Shown here: piece after piece, positions 33,454 through 43,706 of the stretch
Layout: every line of letters begins with the position of its first letter
Numbering within the stretch: position 1 is the first letter of the stretch
Source: Coprothermobacterota bacterium
GTDB lineage: Bacteria; Coprothermobacterota; Coprothermobacteria; Coprothermobacterales; Coprothermobacteraceae
NCBI GenBank assembly: GCA_036679065.1
Contig: JAZIGN010000004.1
Coordinates: 32,001 to 96,000, forward strand
Reading direction: 5' to 3'
Length of the DNA: 64,000 nt
Position numbers and translations under genes: made by a program
Notes under the pieces: generated by a model
The model's database searches: none
What the model saw: the letters and a program-made list of their open reading frames with translations, nothing else
What the model was told of the DNA's origin: nothing

Positions 33454-33828
33454 GTGGCACGTATTGTTGGAGTTGAGTTGCCAGATAACAAAAGAATTCT
33501 GTTCGCACTACCGAGGATTTATGGCATAGGTAGGTCTACAGCAGAGGATATCTGTGAAGCCTTGGGAATTGATCCTATGCAGAAGCTTGGAGAATTAACG
33601 CCTGATCAGATTAACACGCTTCAGGATTACATCACTGCTCACTATAAAGTGGAAGGTGATTTAAGGCGTGAAGTGGCCATGAACATTAAAAGGCTCATGG
33701 ACATAAAGTGTTACCGTGGGATTAGGCATCAGAGAGGGCTTCCCGTAAGAGGCCAGCGCACAAGGCACAATGCCAGAACCAGAAAAGGTCCACGTAAAAC
33801 TGTGGGTGCGAAAAAAGGAAAGAGATAG
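33454..33828 (+). CDS. rpsM: 30S protein S13
   Basis: [15 protein letters not shown]. Confidence 0.98.
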   Translation: MARIVGVELPDNKRILFALPRIYGIGRSTAEDICEALGIDPMQKLGELTPDQINTLQDYITAHYKVEGDLRREVAMNIKRLMDIKCYRGIRHQRGLPVRGQRTRHNARTRKGPRKTVGAKKGKR

Positions 33829-33858
33829 TCTTAAACCAATCGTGGAGGTGTTTTAAAA

Positions 33859-34236
33859 GTGGCTCAGAAAAAGAGGAAAGAACGCAGATATGTACCCTAT
33901 GGGGTTGCACACATTCATTCAACCTTTAACAATACAATAATAACTATCACTGATCCCAACGGTGCTGTTCTAGCTTGGGCTTCTGGAGGGTTTTTCTTCA
34001 AAGGAACAAGGAAAGGTACACCTTATGCTGCTCAGTTAGCATCAGAGAGTGTGGCAAAAAAAGTTCAACAAACTTACGGGATGAAAGAAATAGATGTTTT
34101 TGTAAAGGGACCGGGGCCAGGGCGAGAGACAGCCATAAGGGCTCTGCAAGCAGTTGGTTTGGATGTGAAATCCATAAAGGATGTAACTCCCATACCGCAC
34201 AATGGTTGCAGGCCTCCAAAGGCCCGCAGGGTATGA
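33859..34236 (+). CDS. rpsK: 30S protein S11
   Basis: [21 protein letters not shown]. Confidence 0.98.
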   Translation: MAQKKRKERRYVPYGVAHIHSTFNNTIITITDPNGAVLAWASGGFFFKGTRKGTPYAAQLASESVAKKVQQTYGMKEIDVFVKGPGPGRETAIRALQAVGLDVKSIKDVTPIPHNGCRPPKARRV

Positions 34237-34258
34237 GAATGAGGAGGTAGAAAAGAAT

Positions 34259-34891
34259 ATGAAATATACTGGACCAAGTTGTAGGATATGCCGTAGATCT
34301 GGTGTAAAGCTTTTCCTGAAAGGTGAGAAGTGCTTAAGTCCAAAATGCCCCATGGAAAGAAGGGCTTTTCCGCCTGGACAGCATGGACCCACAAGGAGGG
34401 GCAGAAGAGATACTGAGTACGGTCTGCGTTTAAAGGAAAAGCAAAAACTAAGACACTCATACATGATCACAGAAACGCAGCTTCGCAGATACTTCTCAGC
34501 TGCCATGTCACAAAAAGGTGTAGCAACTGGTACAGCCCTTTTACAGCTTCTTGAACGCCGTTTGGATGCGGTGGTTCAGCGTATGGGGTTCGCTAGCAGC
34601 ATTAGAATGGCACGCAACTGGGTTAGACATGGCCATGTCATGGTGAACGGTAAAAGGGTAGATATTCCCTCTTACTTGGTAAAACCCGGTGACAGAATAA
34701 CATTAGACAAAGATCTCAAGGATAACCCTGATGTGCAGAAGAGCATAGCCATGAACGAAGGCCGTCCCAATTTGGAATGGCTGAGCGTGGATGTAGAAAA
34801 CCTTGAAGGAGTTTACCTAAGAGTGCCTGCCCGAGAGGAAATACCAGTTGCTGTCAATGAACAGCTCATCGTCGAATACTATTCGAGATAA
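34259..34891 (+). CDS. rpsD: 30S protein S4
   Basis: PPGQHG, LERRLD, IVEYYSR; Cys-containing N-terminus. Confidence 0.98.
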   Translation: MKYTGPSCRICRRSGVKLFLKGEKCLSPKCPMERRAFPPGQHGPTRRGRRDTEYGLRLKEKQKLRHSYMITETQLRRYFSAAMSQKGVATGTALLQLLERRLDAVVQRMGFASSIRMARNWVRHGHVMVNGKRVDIPSYLVKPGDRITLDKDLKDNPDVQKSIAMNEGRPNLEWLSVDVENLEGVYLRVPAREEIPVAVNEQLIVEYYSR

Positions 34892-34908
34892 GGCTTGGTG
34901 AAGTCATA

Positions 34909-35868
34909 ATGGAAAAGGTTTTCGGAATCGCAGATTTGGGCAGAAGTGTTGACAGGGAGACTGGCGAAGTCCAGCGCTCTGCAAAACTGTCAGCGCTAAA
35001 TCTGCCTGAGGGCGAAGGAATCACCTTAGGTAATGCGTTAAGGCGAGTGTTGCTGGGTCAAATTGGCGGCACGGGTGTTCTGGGGTTCAGGCTTGAGGGT
35101 TTGGATCATGAATTCATGGTGCTCGATGGTGTAGTAGAAGACGGTTTGACCATTGGCCTTAACTTGAAGAAGGTGCTACTTAGGTACTATGGAGAGGGAG
35201 TAAAGGTCCTCTACATCAAGGCGAAAGGACCAGCTGAGATTAAGGCTGGAGACATTGTACCCGATGCTGACGTTGAGATTTTTAATCCTGATCAGACCAT
35301 TCTAACGGTAGCTACCGATCGTGAGATTTACATGGAGATTTACGTGACTAATGGAGTCGGTTACAGGACAGTAGAGGACAACAAGAAACTTTATCAGTTC
35401 CCCTTTAGAACTATTTACCTGGATACCTCTTTTTCTCCTGTTAGGCGTGCTGAGTACCATGTGACGCCTGCCATTGTAGATGAACCTGGCACTTTTGAGA
35501 GTTTGGAGCTCATAGTTTACACGAATTTGGCTGTTGATCCGGTGGAAGTGATAAGACAAGCTGCGGATTTCCTAAGTGAGGAGTTTAAGAATGTGGCAGA
35601 ATCAAAAGAAGCGGTAGCTGCTGAAGAGGTACCAGAAGAGCAGACGGTCTCCGATGAAAAGCTTGATGCAAGTGTTGAAATGCTGAATCTCTCAAGGGCT
35701 GTGCTCACTCACCTAGAAAAAGCAAACATTAATTCCATAAGGGATTTGGTAGATGTATTGGAGCGTAACGAGTCCATTCCTGGCATTGGTGCCGTCAGAT
35801 TAGAAGAGATAAGGAATAAATTGGCTGCTTATTTGGAAGGAGGTACTGAGGATGAAACACAGAGTTGA
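34909..35868 (+). CDS. rpoA: RNA polymerase alpha subunit (divergent)
   Basis: TLGNALRRVLL, HEF, FSPVRR; position between rpsD and rplQ. Confidence 0.95.
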   Translation: MEKVFGIADLGRSVDRETGEVQRSAKLSALNLPEGEGITLGNALRRVLLGQIGGTGVLGFRLEGLDHEFMVLDGVVEDGLTIGLNLKKVLLRYYGEGVKVLYIKAKGPAEIKAGDIVPDADVEIFNPDQTILTVATDREIYMEIYVTNGVGYRTVEDNKKLYQFPFRTIYLDTSFSPVRRAEYHVTPAIVDEPGTFESLELIVYTNLAVDPVEVIRQAADFLSEEFKNVAESKEAVAAEEVPEEQTVSDEKLDASVEMLNLSRAVLTHLEKANINSIRDLVDVLERNESIPGIGAVRLEEIRNKLAAYLEGGTEDETQS

Positions 35869-36205
35869 TGGCCGCAAATTAGGACGAAAAACTGAAGCCA
35901 GAATAGCCTTATTGAGAACGCTTTCAAAACAGCTTGTCATACATGGCGAAGTTGAGACAACGCTTCCAAAAGCCAAGGAGCTCAAAAGATTCGCTGATAA
36001 GTTGGTAACTCATGCGAAAAGCAAAGAATTGTATGACATACGATTAGTGGAAAAGCATTTGGGTGACCGTGAACTAGTTAAGAAACTTACCGATGAAATT
36101 GCTCCGCGTTTTGCTGATGTTAGCGGCGGCTACACCACAGTTCTCAAGACGGGGTTTAGAAAAGGTGACGGTGCTCCCACAGCCATAGTGCGCTGGAGCA
36201 AATGA
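35852..36205 (+). CDS. rplQ: 50S protein L17
   Basis: RKLGR, TTLPKAKEL, RKGDGAP. Confidence 0.97.
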   Translation: MKHRVDGRKLGRKTEARIALLRTLSKQLVIHGEVETTLPKAKELKRFADKLVTHAKSKELYDIRLVEKHLGDRELVKKLTDEIAPRFADVSGGYTTVLKTGFRKGDGAPTAIVRWSK

Positions 36206-37017
36206 TAGAGGTTCAGGAGGTATCTTACGGACTGGAGGGGAGGTCCATTCTCCAGTCCGTTTCCATGAATATATGCCCTGGCCACTTTACCGTTCTCATG
36301 GGTGGTAACGGTGCTGGTAAGACCACGCTGGCAAAAATAATCAAGGGGCTACTCGTACCTACTTCGGGAAAAGTGCTCATGGATGGGATTGAGATGGTTG
36401 CTGCCGGCAGGGATTACCAGATCAAGGTCGGTATTGTTTTCCAGAATCCAGAAAACCAAATTGTGGCATCAGTAGTTGAGGAAGATGTGGCTTTCGGTCC
36501 AGAGAACCTGGGCCTAAAACCCACTGAAATAAGAGAAAGAGTAGAAAGCAGTTTAAAAACAGTTGGCTTGTGGGACTTAAGGCACAGGCCTGTTCATGCT
36601 CTTAGTGGAGGTCAAAAACAACGTTTAGCCATTGCTGGTATACTCGCTCTCAGGCCTTCCTACATACTTTTTGATGAGGCCACGGCTCTTCTGGACCCCG
36701 TGGGAAGAAGAGAAGTGTTAGAAACAGCAATTAGTTTAGCAAATTCTGTTGGTGTACTGTGGATAACACACGATTTACGTGAAGCTCTGCAGGCTGATAT
36801 GCTGTATGCACTTTGCCAAGGTAGAGTCGTTTTCCAGGGGTCTGTGCAGGAATTCATTACCAACCCTGAAGCCATGGATTTGGCCAATGCAACCATACCT
36901 GAAGAAGTGATATTGGCAGAAATGCTTTCTAAGAGAGGAGCTCATGTGGATTGGCCATTAAACAAAGAGAACCTAATGAAAGCGATTACGTCGTTGAACT
37001 TGAAGACGTTTCATTAA
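36202..37017 (+). CDS. ecfA1: ECF transporter ATPase A
   Basis: GGNGAGKT, FQNPENQ, LSGGQKQR. Confidence 0.92.
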   Translation: MIEVQEVSYGLEGRSILQSVSMNICPGHFTVLMGGNGAGKTTLAKIIKGLLVPTSGKVLMDGIEMVAAGRDYQIKVGIVFQNPENQIVASVVEEDVAFGPENLGLKPTEIRERVESSLKTVGLWDLRHRPVHALSGGQKQRLAIAGILALRPSYILFDEATALLDPVGRREVLETAISLANSVGVLWITHDLREALQADMLYALCQGRVVFQGSVQEFITNPEAMDLANATIPEEVILAEMLSKRGAHVDWPLNKENLMKAITSLNLKTFH

Positions 37018-37814
37018 GTTACGATTACGGTACACCCTGGCAAGTGGATGCTGTTAAACCACTTTCCTTAAGAATTGCCAAGGGCGAATGGATTGCTTTA
37101 GTTGGTCATACTGGGTCTGGTAAGAGCTCTCTTGCCCAGCTCATGGCAGGGCTCACATCTCCAACCAGAGGAATAGTGAAGCATTTTGGAAGAGTTTGGA
37201 ATTACCCTAAGGATTTACCCATAGAAATAAGGCGCCGGATTGGTTTCTTGTTTCAGTTCCCAGAACATCAATTCTTTGCCGAAACAGTATTTGACGAGGT
37301 GGCTTTTGCCGCCAAGAATTTTGGACTGGACAATGTCCAGGACAGGGTTAGAGAATCGTTGGAGGTTGCTGGTTTGAGCTTCGACCAGTTCAAAGACAGG
37401 TCCCCCTTTACACTATCCGGCGGCGAAAAAAGAAAAGTTGCCCTGGCTTCGGTCATGGTTTGTGATCCCGAGGTGCTCATTCTTGATGAACCATCCGCTG
37501 GACTAGATGGAGCTTCAAAGAAAGCTTTCTGGGACTGGCTTCGAGATTACAGTAAGGAAGAAAGAACAGTCGTCTTTATTACTCATTCTCTGGAAGAAGC
37601 TGTGACGGCCGAAAGAGTGTTGGTGCTTTCAAATGGAGCATTACTTTTTGCCGACAGTCCCCAGGAAGTATTCTCTCACGTTAACACACTAAGACGGGTT
37701 GGCTTGGAACCTCCCATAGCTGCGGAAATCTCTTATGAGCTTCGTAAGAGGACAAGTTTCCCCATGGCTTTAACGGTGGAAGAATTGGTTAGTGCTTTGG
37801 ATGGTGATCTTTAA
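36951..37814 (+). CDS. ecfA2: ECF transporter ATPase A'
   Basis: GHTGSGKS, FQFPEHQ, SPFTLSGGE. Confidence 0.92.
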   Translation: MAIKQREPNESDYVVELEDVSLSYDYGTPWQVDAVKPLSLRIAKGEWIALVGHTGSGKSSLAQLMAGLTSPTRGIVKHFGRVWNYPKDLPIEIRRRIGFLFQFPEHQFFAETVFDEVAFAAKNFGLDNVQDRVRESLEVAGLSFDQFKDRSPFTLSGGEKRKVALASVMVCDPEVLILDEPSAGLDGASKKAFWDWLRDYSKEERTVVFITHSLEEAVTAERVLVLSNGALLFADSPQEVFSHVNTLRRVGLEPPIAAEISYELRKRTSFPMALTVEELVSALDGDL

Positions 37815-38630
37815 GTGGCTTTCAAGGATGTTGTGGTAGTTGGCCAGTACATTCCTACTGACAGCGTGCTTCATAAAGCACTGGCGGAATCGAAGATTGT
37901 GATGACGTTATTTCTGATTATTGGAGCCTTCATTTCTCAGTCATTCGCGGTCTTAGCTGTACTCTTTGGTGCCCTGGTCCTACTAATGTTGGTGTCCAAC
38001 GTGCCTCTAAGGTTTTACGCTAAGAGTGCTAAGACTGTTCTCATTCTCGCTTTGTTTACTTTTGTGTTCAATGCACTTCTTACAGGGCAAGAGGTTCTCT
38101 TCCGGCTGGGGCCCATTGCTTTTAAGACTGAAGGGGTCATCGTTGGTGTTTTTTTTGGGTTGAGGTTATTCTTCCTCATATTTGTATCCACGGTTCTCAC
38201 TGCGACCACATCTCCCGTGGATCTTGCTGATGGTCTAAACAATTTGTTAAGGCCTTTGGAAGTTCTAAAAGTGCCTGTTGAAGAATTCTCGTTGATTATG
38301 ACCATTGCTCTGCGCTTCATTCCCGTTTTAGCTGATGAAGCAGATCGCATACTTAAGGCTCAAAAGGCTAGGGGGCTTAGTTTAAGCGGAAGCATACTGC
38401 AAAGGGTTGAGAAGCTAGTCCCCATAGTCATACCTTTGTTTGTAAGCGCCTTCATGAAAGCAGAGGATTTGGCGGTGGCCATGGAAGTTAGGGGCTATCT
38501 GCCCGGGGTGAAGAGAACGAAATACAAGGTTACTAAGTTTGAAGGCGTGGACGTAATGGTGTTTGCTTTCACTGCCGTTGTGTTTGTGGCAAGTTACTTA
38601 CTTAGGGGCCGATGGGTACTTACATGGTGA
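37815..38630 (+). CDS. ecfT: ECF transporter T component
   Basis: IALRFIP, AQKARG, AMEVRGY. Confidence 0.92.
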   Translation: MAFKDVVVVGQYIPTDSVLHKALAESKIVMTLFLIIGAFISQSFAVLAVLFGALVLLMLVSNVPLRFYAKSAKTVLILALFTFVFNALLTGQEVLFRLGPIAFKTEGVIVGVFFGLRLFFLIFVSTVLTATTSPVDLADGLNNLLRPLEVLKVPVEEFSLIMTIALRFIPVLADEADRILKAQKARGLSLSGSILQRVEKLVPIVIPLFVSAFMKAEDLAVAMEVRGYLPGVKRTKYKVTKFEGVDVMVFAFTAVVFVASYLLRGRWVLTW

Positions 38631-39415
38631 AGTATGCTGGTTTACTTCAGTACAAAGGAACAAATTATGCAGGGTTTCAGAGACAGAGGAACGGTACAGC
38701 GGTCCAAAATGTGCTGGAATCCGCATTGAGCCAGATTAACAATAGACCCACAGTTGTGCGCTACTCTGGTAGAACAGATGCGGGTGTCCACGCTTGGGGC
38801 ATGCCGTTTGCTTTTTGGGGTAGGGAGGATCTTTCAGAAAAAAAGTGGATGTTCATCTTGAACCGTATGCTGCCGGCTGACATGCGCGTTCTTTCGCTGG
38901 TAAAGACTTCATCCGACTTCGACCCACAGCGCGACGCCGTAGCAAAACAGTATTTGTACTGTGCCACATTGGGAAGATTGGGTCCTGTGTGGGATGATTT
39001 CTTCGCCTATTTGCCCCATTTGCCTCTTGATAGGCACGCGGTCATGGATGGGGCAAAGAAACTTGTAGGAGAACACGATTTCAGAGGGTTCTCCAAGACT
39101 GGATCATCTGTTAAGAGCACTAAGCGCAGGCTACATGAGGTAAGTGTCATGTTCACAAAGGCGCGGGTTTATTTTTCTTTTGTCGGAGATGGTTTTCTCT
39201 ATGGTATGGTCAGACTTCTGGTGGGTAGTTTATTGCAGATCGGTTGGGGTAAGAAGAATCCAAGTTTCATTGAAGAAGTTCTAAACGGAAATGCGCTGGC
39301 GAATTATTCTGTGCCTGCCCAAGGTTTGCATTTGGTAAAAGTATGGTTAGAACCGGATCCCTTTTTAGAAAGTATCAAAGCTGACGAAGGTGATCTTAGT
39401 CAGTACTTCTTTTAA
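38624..39415 (+). CDS. truA: tRNA pseudouridine(38-40) synthase
   Basis: SGRTDAGVHA, GFLYGMVR. Confidence 0.95.
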   Translation: MVKYAGLLQYKGTNYAGFQRQRNGTAVQNVLESALSQINNRPTVVRYSGRTDAGVHAWGMPFAFWGREDLSEKKWMFILNRMLPADMRVLSLVKTSSDFDPQRDAVAKQYLYCATLGRLGPVWDDFFAYLPHLPLDRHAVMDGAKKLVGEHDFRGFSKTGSSVKSTKRRLHEVSVMFTKARVYFSFVGDGFLYGMVRLLVGSLLQIGWGKKNPSFIEEVLNGNALANYSVPAQGLHLVKVWLEPDPFLESIKADEGDLSQYFF

Positions 39416-41260
39416 TACGTCCTTCGGTGACTTTTCTGATATTAGGAAGTACCTGTATGTTTTCTTTCTTGAATAGTACACAGGACCCCACACGGTAACA
39501 TCCTCAAAGAAAGTAAGCTTTTCTTCATTGCTTTCGAGTTCAATGTAATGGCCGAATGGAGGAAGTCCCATCTGCCTAATGCTGTCCGTTACTACGTTCT
39601 CACCTTTGTCTATGAGGGTGGCTATGCGTTCCTCGTCACGAGAGAGGACAAATACGCAGCCGTCTGTTTTTGTCCACAGGCTCAAGTAGTAAATGTTCCT
39701 CAAGAACTTCTTATCAGGGATGAGGACCGGTGTGGACAAGTCGGCGTCAGCAGAGACATAGTACGATTCATCGAAGGTTGCCGTAGGTAAATAACGGAAA
39801 ACCTTTGTGGTACTGATCACCGTATTGTCGTTAAGGTTCTTCACAGACTTCAAAGCTTCTTTTTCCAGCTGAAGCTCCACCCGTTCTATGCCCAAACCAC
39901 TGGGTTCCAAACTCAAGCTATCGCATCGGGGGCATTTGTCAGGGATGCCGGCAATATAACCGCACCTATGGCATTCCAGCCGCTTGCTCCTCCGGTGGTA
40001 TCGAAGCGGAGTCCCACACTCAGGACAAGTTACTACGTATCCGCAGTTTTTGCATTCCAATGATGTTGAGAACCCCAATCTATTCACTAGGAACAATTGC
40101 TTCTTTGTAGGATCATGTACGCCTTTTAGATATGCTAGTACTCCCACATCTTTCCTACCTGCCATGCTTACTAACTGCACATTTGTCACTGGCTGTGGGC
40201 AAACGGTATGAACTTCAGTTGTTTCAGGTATGAACTTGGTAAGCGGTAGTCTTTGGCTGGCAGTTCTTATGGCTAACTCGTCGGGCTCTTCGAATACTGT
40301 TATTATGTGCATTAGATGATTCCAGGGTCTTAAAACTGACCTGGGGGTACCTACTATTAATCCACCACCTTTTGAGCAGCAAGCTTCTTGCAAAAACTTT
40401 GTGTAACCACCTGAATCCAAGATAGCCGGTAGCTTATGCTTAATCAGTTCCTTTGCGAATGCACGTGCCATTTGCAAGGTTGGAAAAATCAGCAAAGTTT
40501 TTTCGCCTTTTTCCAACAAGTTTCTTAAGTAGAGTGGAAGTTCCTCCAAGGTCTTTGGTAGTTCTTCTTTCCTGGGCAGGTTTTTATCCACTGGGAGCTT
40601 CATGCTGCTCAACAAATGAAGTTCCAAAACCAAAGCATCTTCTTCTTTTAGCTTCTCCACTGTCCAGGGCCCGAGAAGCTTTTTCCAGAAAAGAAGTGGC
40701 AGTGGTCGATGAGCGAATTTTTCGTAGATATGGTTTGGTACCAATAACGAGGGTCTTTCCAATCGTGCGTAAGCTAATGCATAGCTTGTGGGAGGTATGA
40801 CCACCTTCTCAACGATGCCTAACGAGAGAAAGTTTTCAATTTGCACCTTGTACTTTCGAAGAACACCTCTTGTTAGCTCCAATGGTTTTTCCCTGAGTAA
40901 TCTTACAAGTTCTTTTTCTTTAGTACCAGCGGGCACGTAGTTAAAGGCTCTTAGCTGAATAAATGTGCGAGGGTTTTGTCTCCAGTTCTTTCCGAGCTCC
41001 AAGAGTTCATAGCAGTTTACGGGGTATTCCTCTAAAACTTGCAAGCACTGACGAACAAGCCAGTTGGGGACATAATTTGGTTCAACAACCTCGAGGGTGT
41101 TGTGAGAGGAATTCTCAGTTTCCTTGAGTACAATGCCTTTTATCTTTCTTCCGTAAAAACTGACTTTTACTAAATCACCCAGAGATGCCTCCCCTTCCGC
41201 AGTAACAAGGGAGGCATCTCCAAAAAGCCTATTGTTAAGGGCAACTAACCATTTGTGCAT
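39365..41260 (-). CDS. priA: PriA-like primosomal protein with degenerate helicase motifs
   Basis: NRLGF + four CxxC, GIERVE, LPPF; adjacent to metK. Confidence 0.8.
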   Translation of the reverse strand: MHKWLVALNNRLFGDASLVTAEGEASLGDLVKVSFYGRKIKGIVLKETENSSHNTLEVVEPNYVPNWLVRQCLQVLEEYPVNCYELLELGKNWRQNPRTFIQLRAFNYVPAGTKEKELVRLLREKPLELTRGVLRKYKVQIENFLSLGIVEKVVIPPTSYALAYARLERPSLLVPNHIYEKFAHRPLPLLFWKKLLGPWTVEKLKEEDALVLELHLLSSMKLPVDKNLPRKEELPKTLEELPLYLRNLLEKGEKTLLIFPTLQMARAFAKELIKHKLPAILDSGGYTKFLQEACCSKGGGLIVGTPRSVLRPWNHLMHIITVFEEPDELAIRTASQRLPLTKFIPETTEVHTVCPQPVTNVQLVSMAGRKDVGVLAYLKGVHDPTKKQLFLVNRLGFSTSLECKNCGYVVTCPECGTPLRYHRRSKRLECHRCGYIAGIPDKCPRCDSLSLEPSGLGIERVELQLEKEALKSVKNLNDNTVISTTKVFRYLPTATFDESYYVSADADLSTPVLIPDKKFLRNIYYLSLWTKTDGCVFVLSRDEERIATLIDKGENVVTDSIRQMGLPPFGHYIELESNEEKLTFFEDVTVWGPVYYSRKKTYRYFLISEKSPKDVLKEVLTKITFVSFDTF

Positions 41261-42456
41261 GCACGCACAGAGAAGTAATCTTTTAACAAGGGAACCATGT
41301 CAAGCTGTTCCCAAGGATAACAGGGTTTACCAAAGTGGCCATATGCCGCTGTATCTACGTAGCTCCATCCTTCAGGTTGCTGCAACCCAAATTTTCCAAT
41401 GATGCCTCGTGGTGTGAGCTGGATAAAGTCCTGTTCCATGAGATACTGCTCAAGTACATCCTCGTCAACCTTGCCAGTTCCAAATGTGTCCACGTAAATT
41501 GACACGGGTTTTGCTTCGCCAATCACGTACGCGAGCTGTATGAGAACCTCCCTTGCAAGGCCTGCAGCTACGATATTTTTTGCCAAATACCGGGCAGCAT
41601 AAGCAGCTGAACGATCTACTTTTGTCGGGTCCTTGCCACTGAAAGAGCCACCTCCGTGAGGCGCCCTGGATCCGTAAGTGTCCACGATTATTTTTCTACC
41701 AGTGACTCCAGAATCACCATTAGGTCCTCCCACCACAAACCGACCCGTGGGATTTATGTGAAAACGAGTCCGCTCTGTTAATAAATCTTTGGGGATAACT
41801 TTCTTAATGACTTCTTCCATGATGAATTCTCTAAGGGTTTTCTCGTGAACTTCTGGGCTGTGCTGAGCGGAGACCACTACATGTTCTATGGCAATAGGGG
41901 TTAGGCCGTCGTAAGCCACCGTAACCTGAGCTTTTCCGTCAGGGCGCAAGAAATCAACCACGTTTTGTTTACGTACATCGGCAAGTCTCTTTGTGAGTGC
42001 ATGTGCCAGTTCAATGGAAAGGGGCATGAAGTTTTCTGTTTCGTCGACGGCGTAACCGAACATCATGCCTTGGTCGCCAGCGCCCAGTTCATGCTCCATT
42101 TCGCCGGCTTTACTTTCCAGTGATTCATCTACTCCCATTGCAATGTCCGGCGACTGGCGCTGTATGTTCACCACGTACATATTCTCCTGCACACTAAAAC
42201 CCAAAGCAGGGTCAGTGTATCCTATGCGTTCAAGAACCTGTTTCGCCACACCGACGTAATCAACGTAAGTTTTCGACGTTACTTCGCCAACCAAAACCAC
42301 AAGATTGGTTTTGACAGTAGTCTCTACTGCTACTCTTGCCTGTGGGTCAGTTTTCAGATGAGCATCCAATATGGCGTCAGATATTTGGTCTGCCACTTTA
42401 TCAGGGTGACCTTCAGTAACAGATTCAGAAGTGAATCTGTAGGACCTCATTTTCAT
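41245..42456 (-). CDS. metK: S-adenosylmethionine synthetase
   Basis: FTSESVTEGHPDK, GAGDQG, GKDPTKVDRS. Confidence 0.98.
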   Translation of the reverse strand: MKMRSYRFTSESVTEGHPDKVADQISDAILDAHLKTDPQARVAVETTVKTNLVVLVGEVTSKTYVDYVGVAKQVLERIGYTDPALGFSVQENMYVVNIQRQSPDIAMGVDESLESKAGEMEHELGAGDQGMMFGYAVDETENFMPLSIELAHALTKRLADVRKQNVVDFLRPDGKAQVTVAYDGLTPIAIEHVVVSAQHSPEVHEKTLREFIMEEVIKKVIPKDLLTERTRFHINPTGRFVVGGPNGDSGVTGRKIIVDTYGSRAPHGGGSFSGKDPTKVDRSAAYAARYLAKNIVAAGLAREVLIQLAYVIGEAKPVSIYVDTFGTGKVDEDVLEQYLMEQDFIQLTPRGIIGKFGLQQPEGWSYVDTAAYGHFGKPCYPWEQLDMVPLLKDYFSVRACTNG

Positions 42457-42489
42457 CAATTTAGCACCTCCAAAATGCAAATTTTTGAC

Positions 42490-42516
42490 AAAAAAAATCC
42501 CTCCGATGGAGGGATT
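42490..42516 (-). terminator. Terminator of SAM riboswitch expression platform
   Basis: Minus strand AATCCCTCC-atc-GGAGGGATT + T-run. Confidence 0.8.
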
Positions 42517-42525
42517 CGTGTTTAA

Positions 42526-42647
42526 ACCTTCCTATCTTCCTGCACCATAGCTGGTACAGAAGGAGTTGGCACCATGCTCGGTTTTCTCCCTCGCTGGTTG
42601 CCGGGCTTCTTCGGGCCTGTCCCTCCACCGCTCTGGATAAGAAGGTT
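42526..42647 (-). ncRNA. SAM-I (S-box) riboswitch
   Basis: Minus strand CTTATCCAGAGCGGTGGAGGGACAGGCCCGAAGAAGCCCGGCAACC...GGTGCCAACTCC...GAAGATAGG upstream of metK. Confidence 0.95.
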
Positions 42648-42780
42648 ATCAAATTATAACACGTTTGTAGGGGTTTCATGCAATAACTCTTTATATGTGA
42701 ATCACAAGTGTGCTCCAAAGTCGAGTAAAATAGAAATGTAGAGCAAACAAGAAGTGGGCTTAGTGGGGGTGTTATGTGTC

Positions 42781-43551
42781 ATGAGCTTGCATGTGGAAGC
42801 CCAATACATGACCCATCGGGGAAAAGTTAGACCAAATAATGAAGATGCTCTGCTCGTTATGGATAATGTCATACAGGAGGAAGAAATGGTTGAGCCCGTA
42901 GTAGCTAACTTTGAAGGGAATTCTTTCATATTTGCTGTCGCCGATGGCATGGGTGGCCACAAAGCTGGAGAAGTAGCTAGTCGGTTGGCTCTAAACTACT
43001 TAGCATCTAATTGGCTGGGCATACAGTCTGTGGAATCGTTAGACCGTTGCGTCCAGGACATGCATTCTGAAATTGTCAAAGAGGCAAGGAAGAGCTCCAG
43101 CATGTCAAATATGGGTACCACGCTTGCTGGCATACTCATTCATGATCAGACGGTTTGGGTTTTCAACGTAGGAGACAGCCGTGTTTACGGCGCACAGGCA
43201 GATGCGCTGTGGCAACTCAGCAAGGATCAGTCCTTAGTGGGAGCCTTGGTGGAGGAAGGAAGTATTACTTTGGAGCAGGCGCGTTCGCACCCTTTGAGGG
43301 GAGTACTGCTAGAATGTCTGGGTGGTGGGTTAAAGGAAGGAAATGTTCAAGTTATTATAAGGGAAGTCAACTTAAATGAATATGATGCCTTTCTCATTTG
43401 CACCGATGGTCTTACGGACGCCCTCAGTAATGAAGTAATAGATCACTGTTTGTTTCAAAGTAAAGAGAACACGCTAAGCTGTCTCTTTGAAAAATACATG
43501 GAAGCTGGAGCTGCTGACAATATGAGCGCGGTGCTTGTTTGCCTTTGCTAA
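42781..43551 (+). CDS. PP2C-family Ser/Thr protein phosphatase
   Basis: RPNNED, VADGMGGH, GTT, NVGDSRVY, CTDGL, DNMS. Confidence 0.93.
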   Translation: MSLHVEAQYMTHRGKVRPNNEDALLVMDNVIQEEEMVEPVVANFEGNSFIFAVADGMGGHKAGEVASRLALNYLASNWLGIQSVESLDRCVQDMHSEIVKEARKSSSMSNMGTTLAGILIHDQTVWVFNVGDSRVYGAQADALWQLSKDQSLVGALVEEGSITLEQARSHPLRGVLLECLGGGLKEGNVQVIIREVNLNEYDAFLICTDGLTDALSNEVIDHCLFQSKENTLSCLFEKYMEAGAADNMSAVLVCLC

Positions 43552-43574
43552 CTGGACATAAGCGGGTGCTTTGC

Positions 43575-43604
43575 TTGACACTTGTAGTCAAGCTGTGGTA
43601 ACAT
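43575..43604 (+). promoter_or_regulatory. Sigma70-type promoter of tRNA-Ala
   Basis: TTGACA-18-TAACAT with TG extension. Confidence 0.6.
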
Positions 43605-43616
43605 AAATACCGCGGT

Positions 43617-43691
43617 GGGGACGTGGCGCAGTGGGAGCGCGCTGCCTTGGCATGGCAGAGGCCACGGGTTCGAGTCCCGTCGTCTCCACCA
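43617..43691 (+). tRNA. tRNA-Ala(GGC)
   Basis: Cloverleaf, G3:U70 pair, loop TTGGCAT, CCA. Confidence 0.93.
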
Positions 43692-43706
43692 CCTTTGTTA
43701 GGAGGG

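Noticed and set aside
39365..39415. Convergent 3' overlaps (truA/priA, rnhC/yqeG, ctpA/NFACT)
   Set aside because: Short overlaps are ordinary in compact genomes
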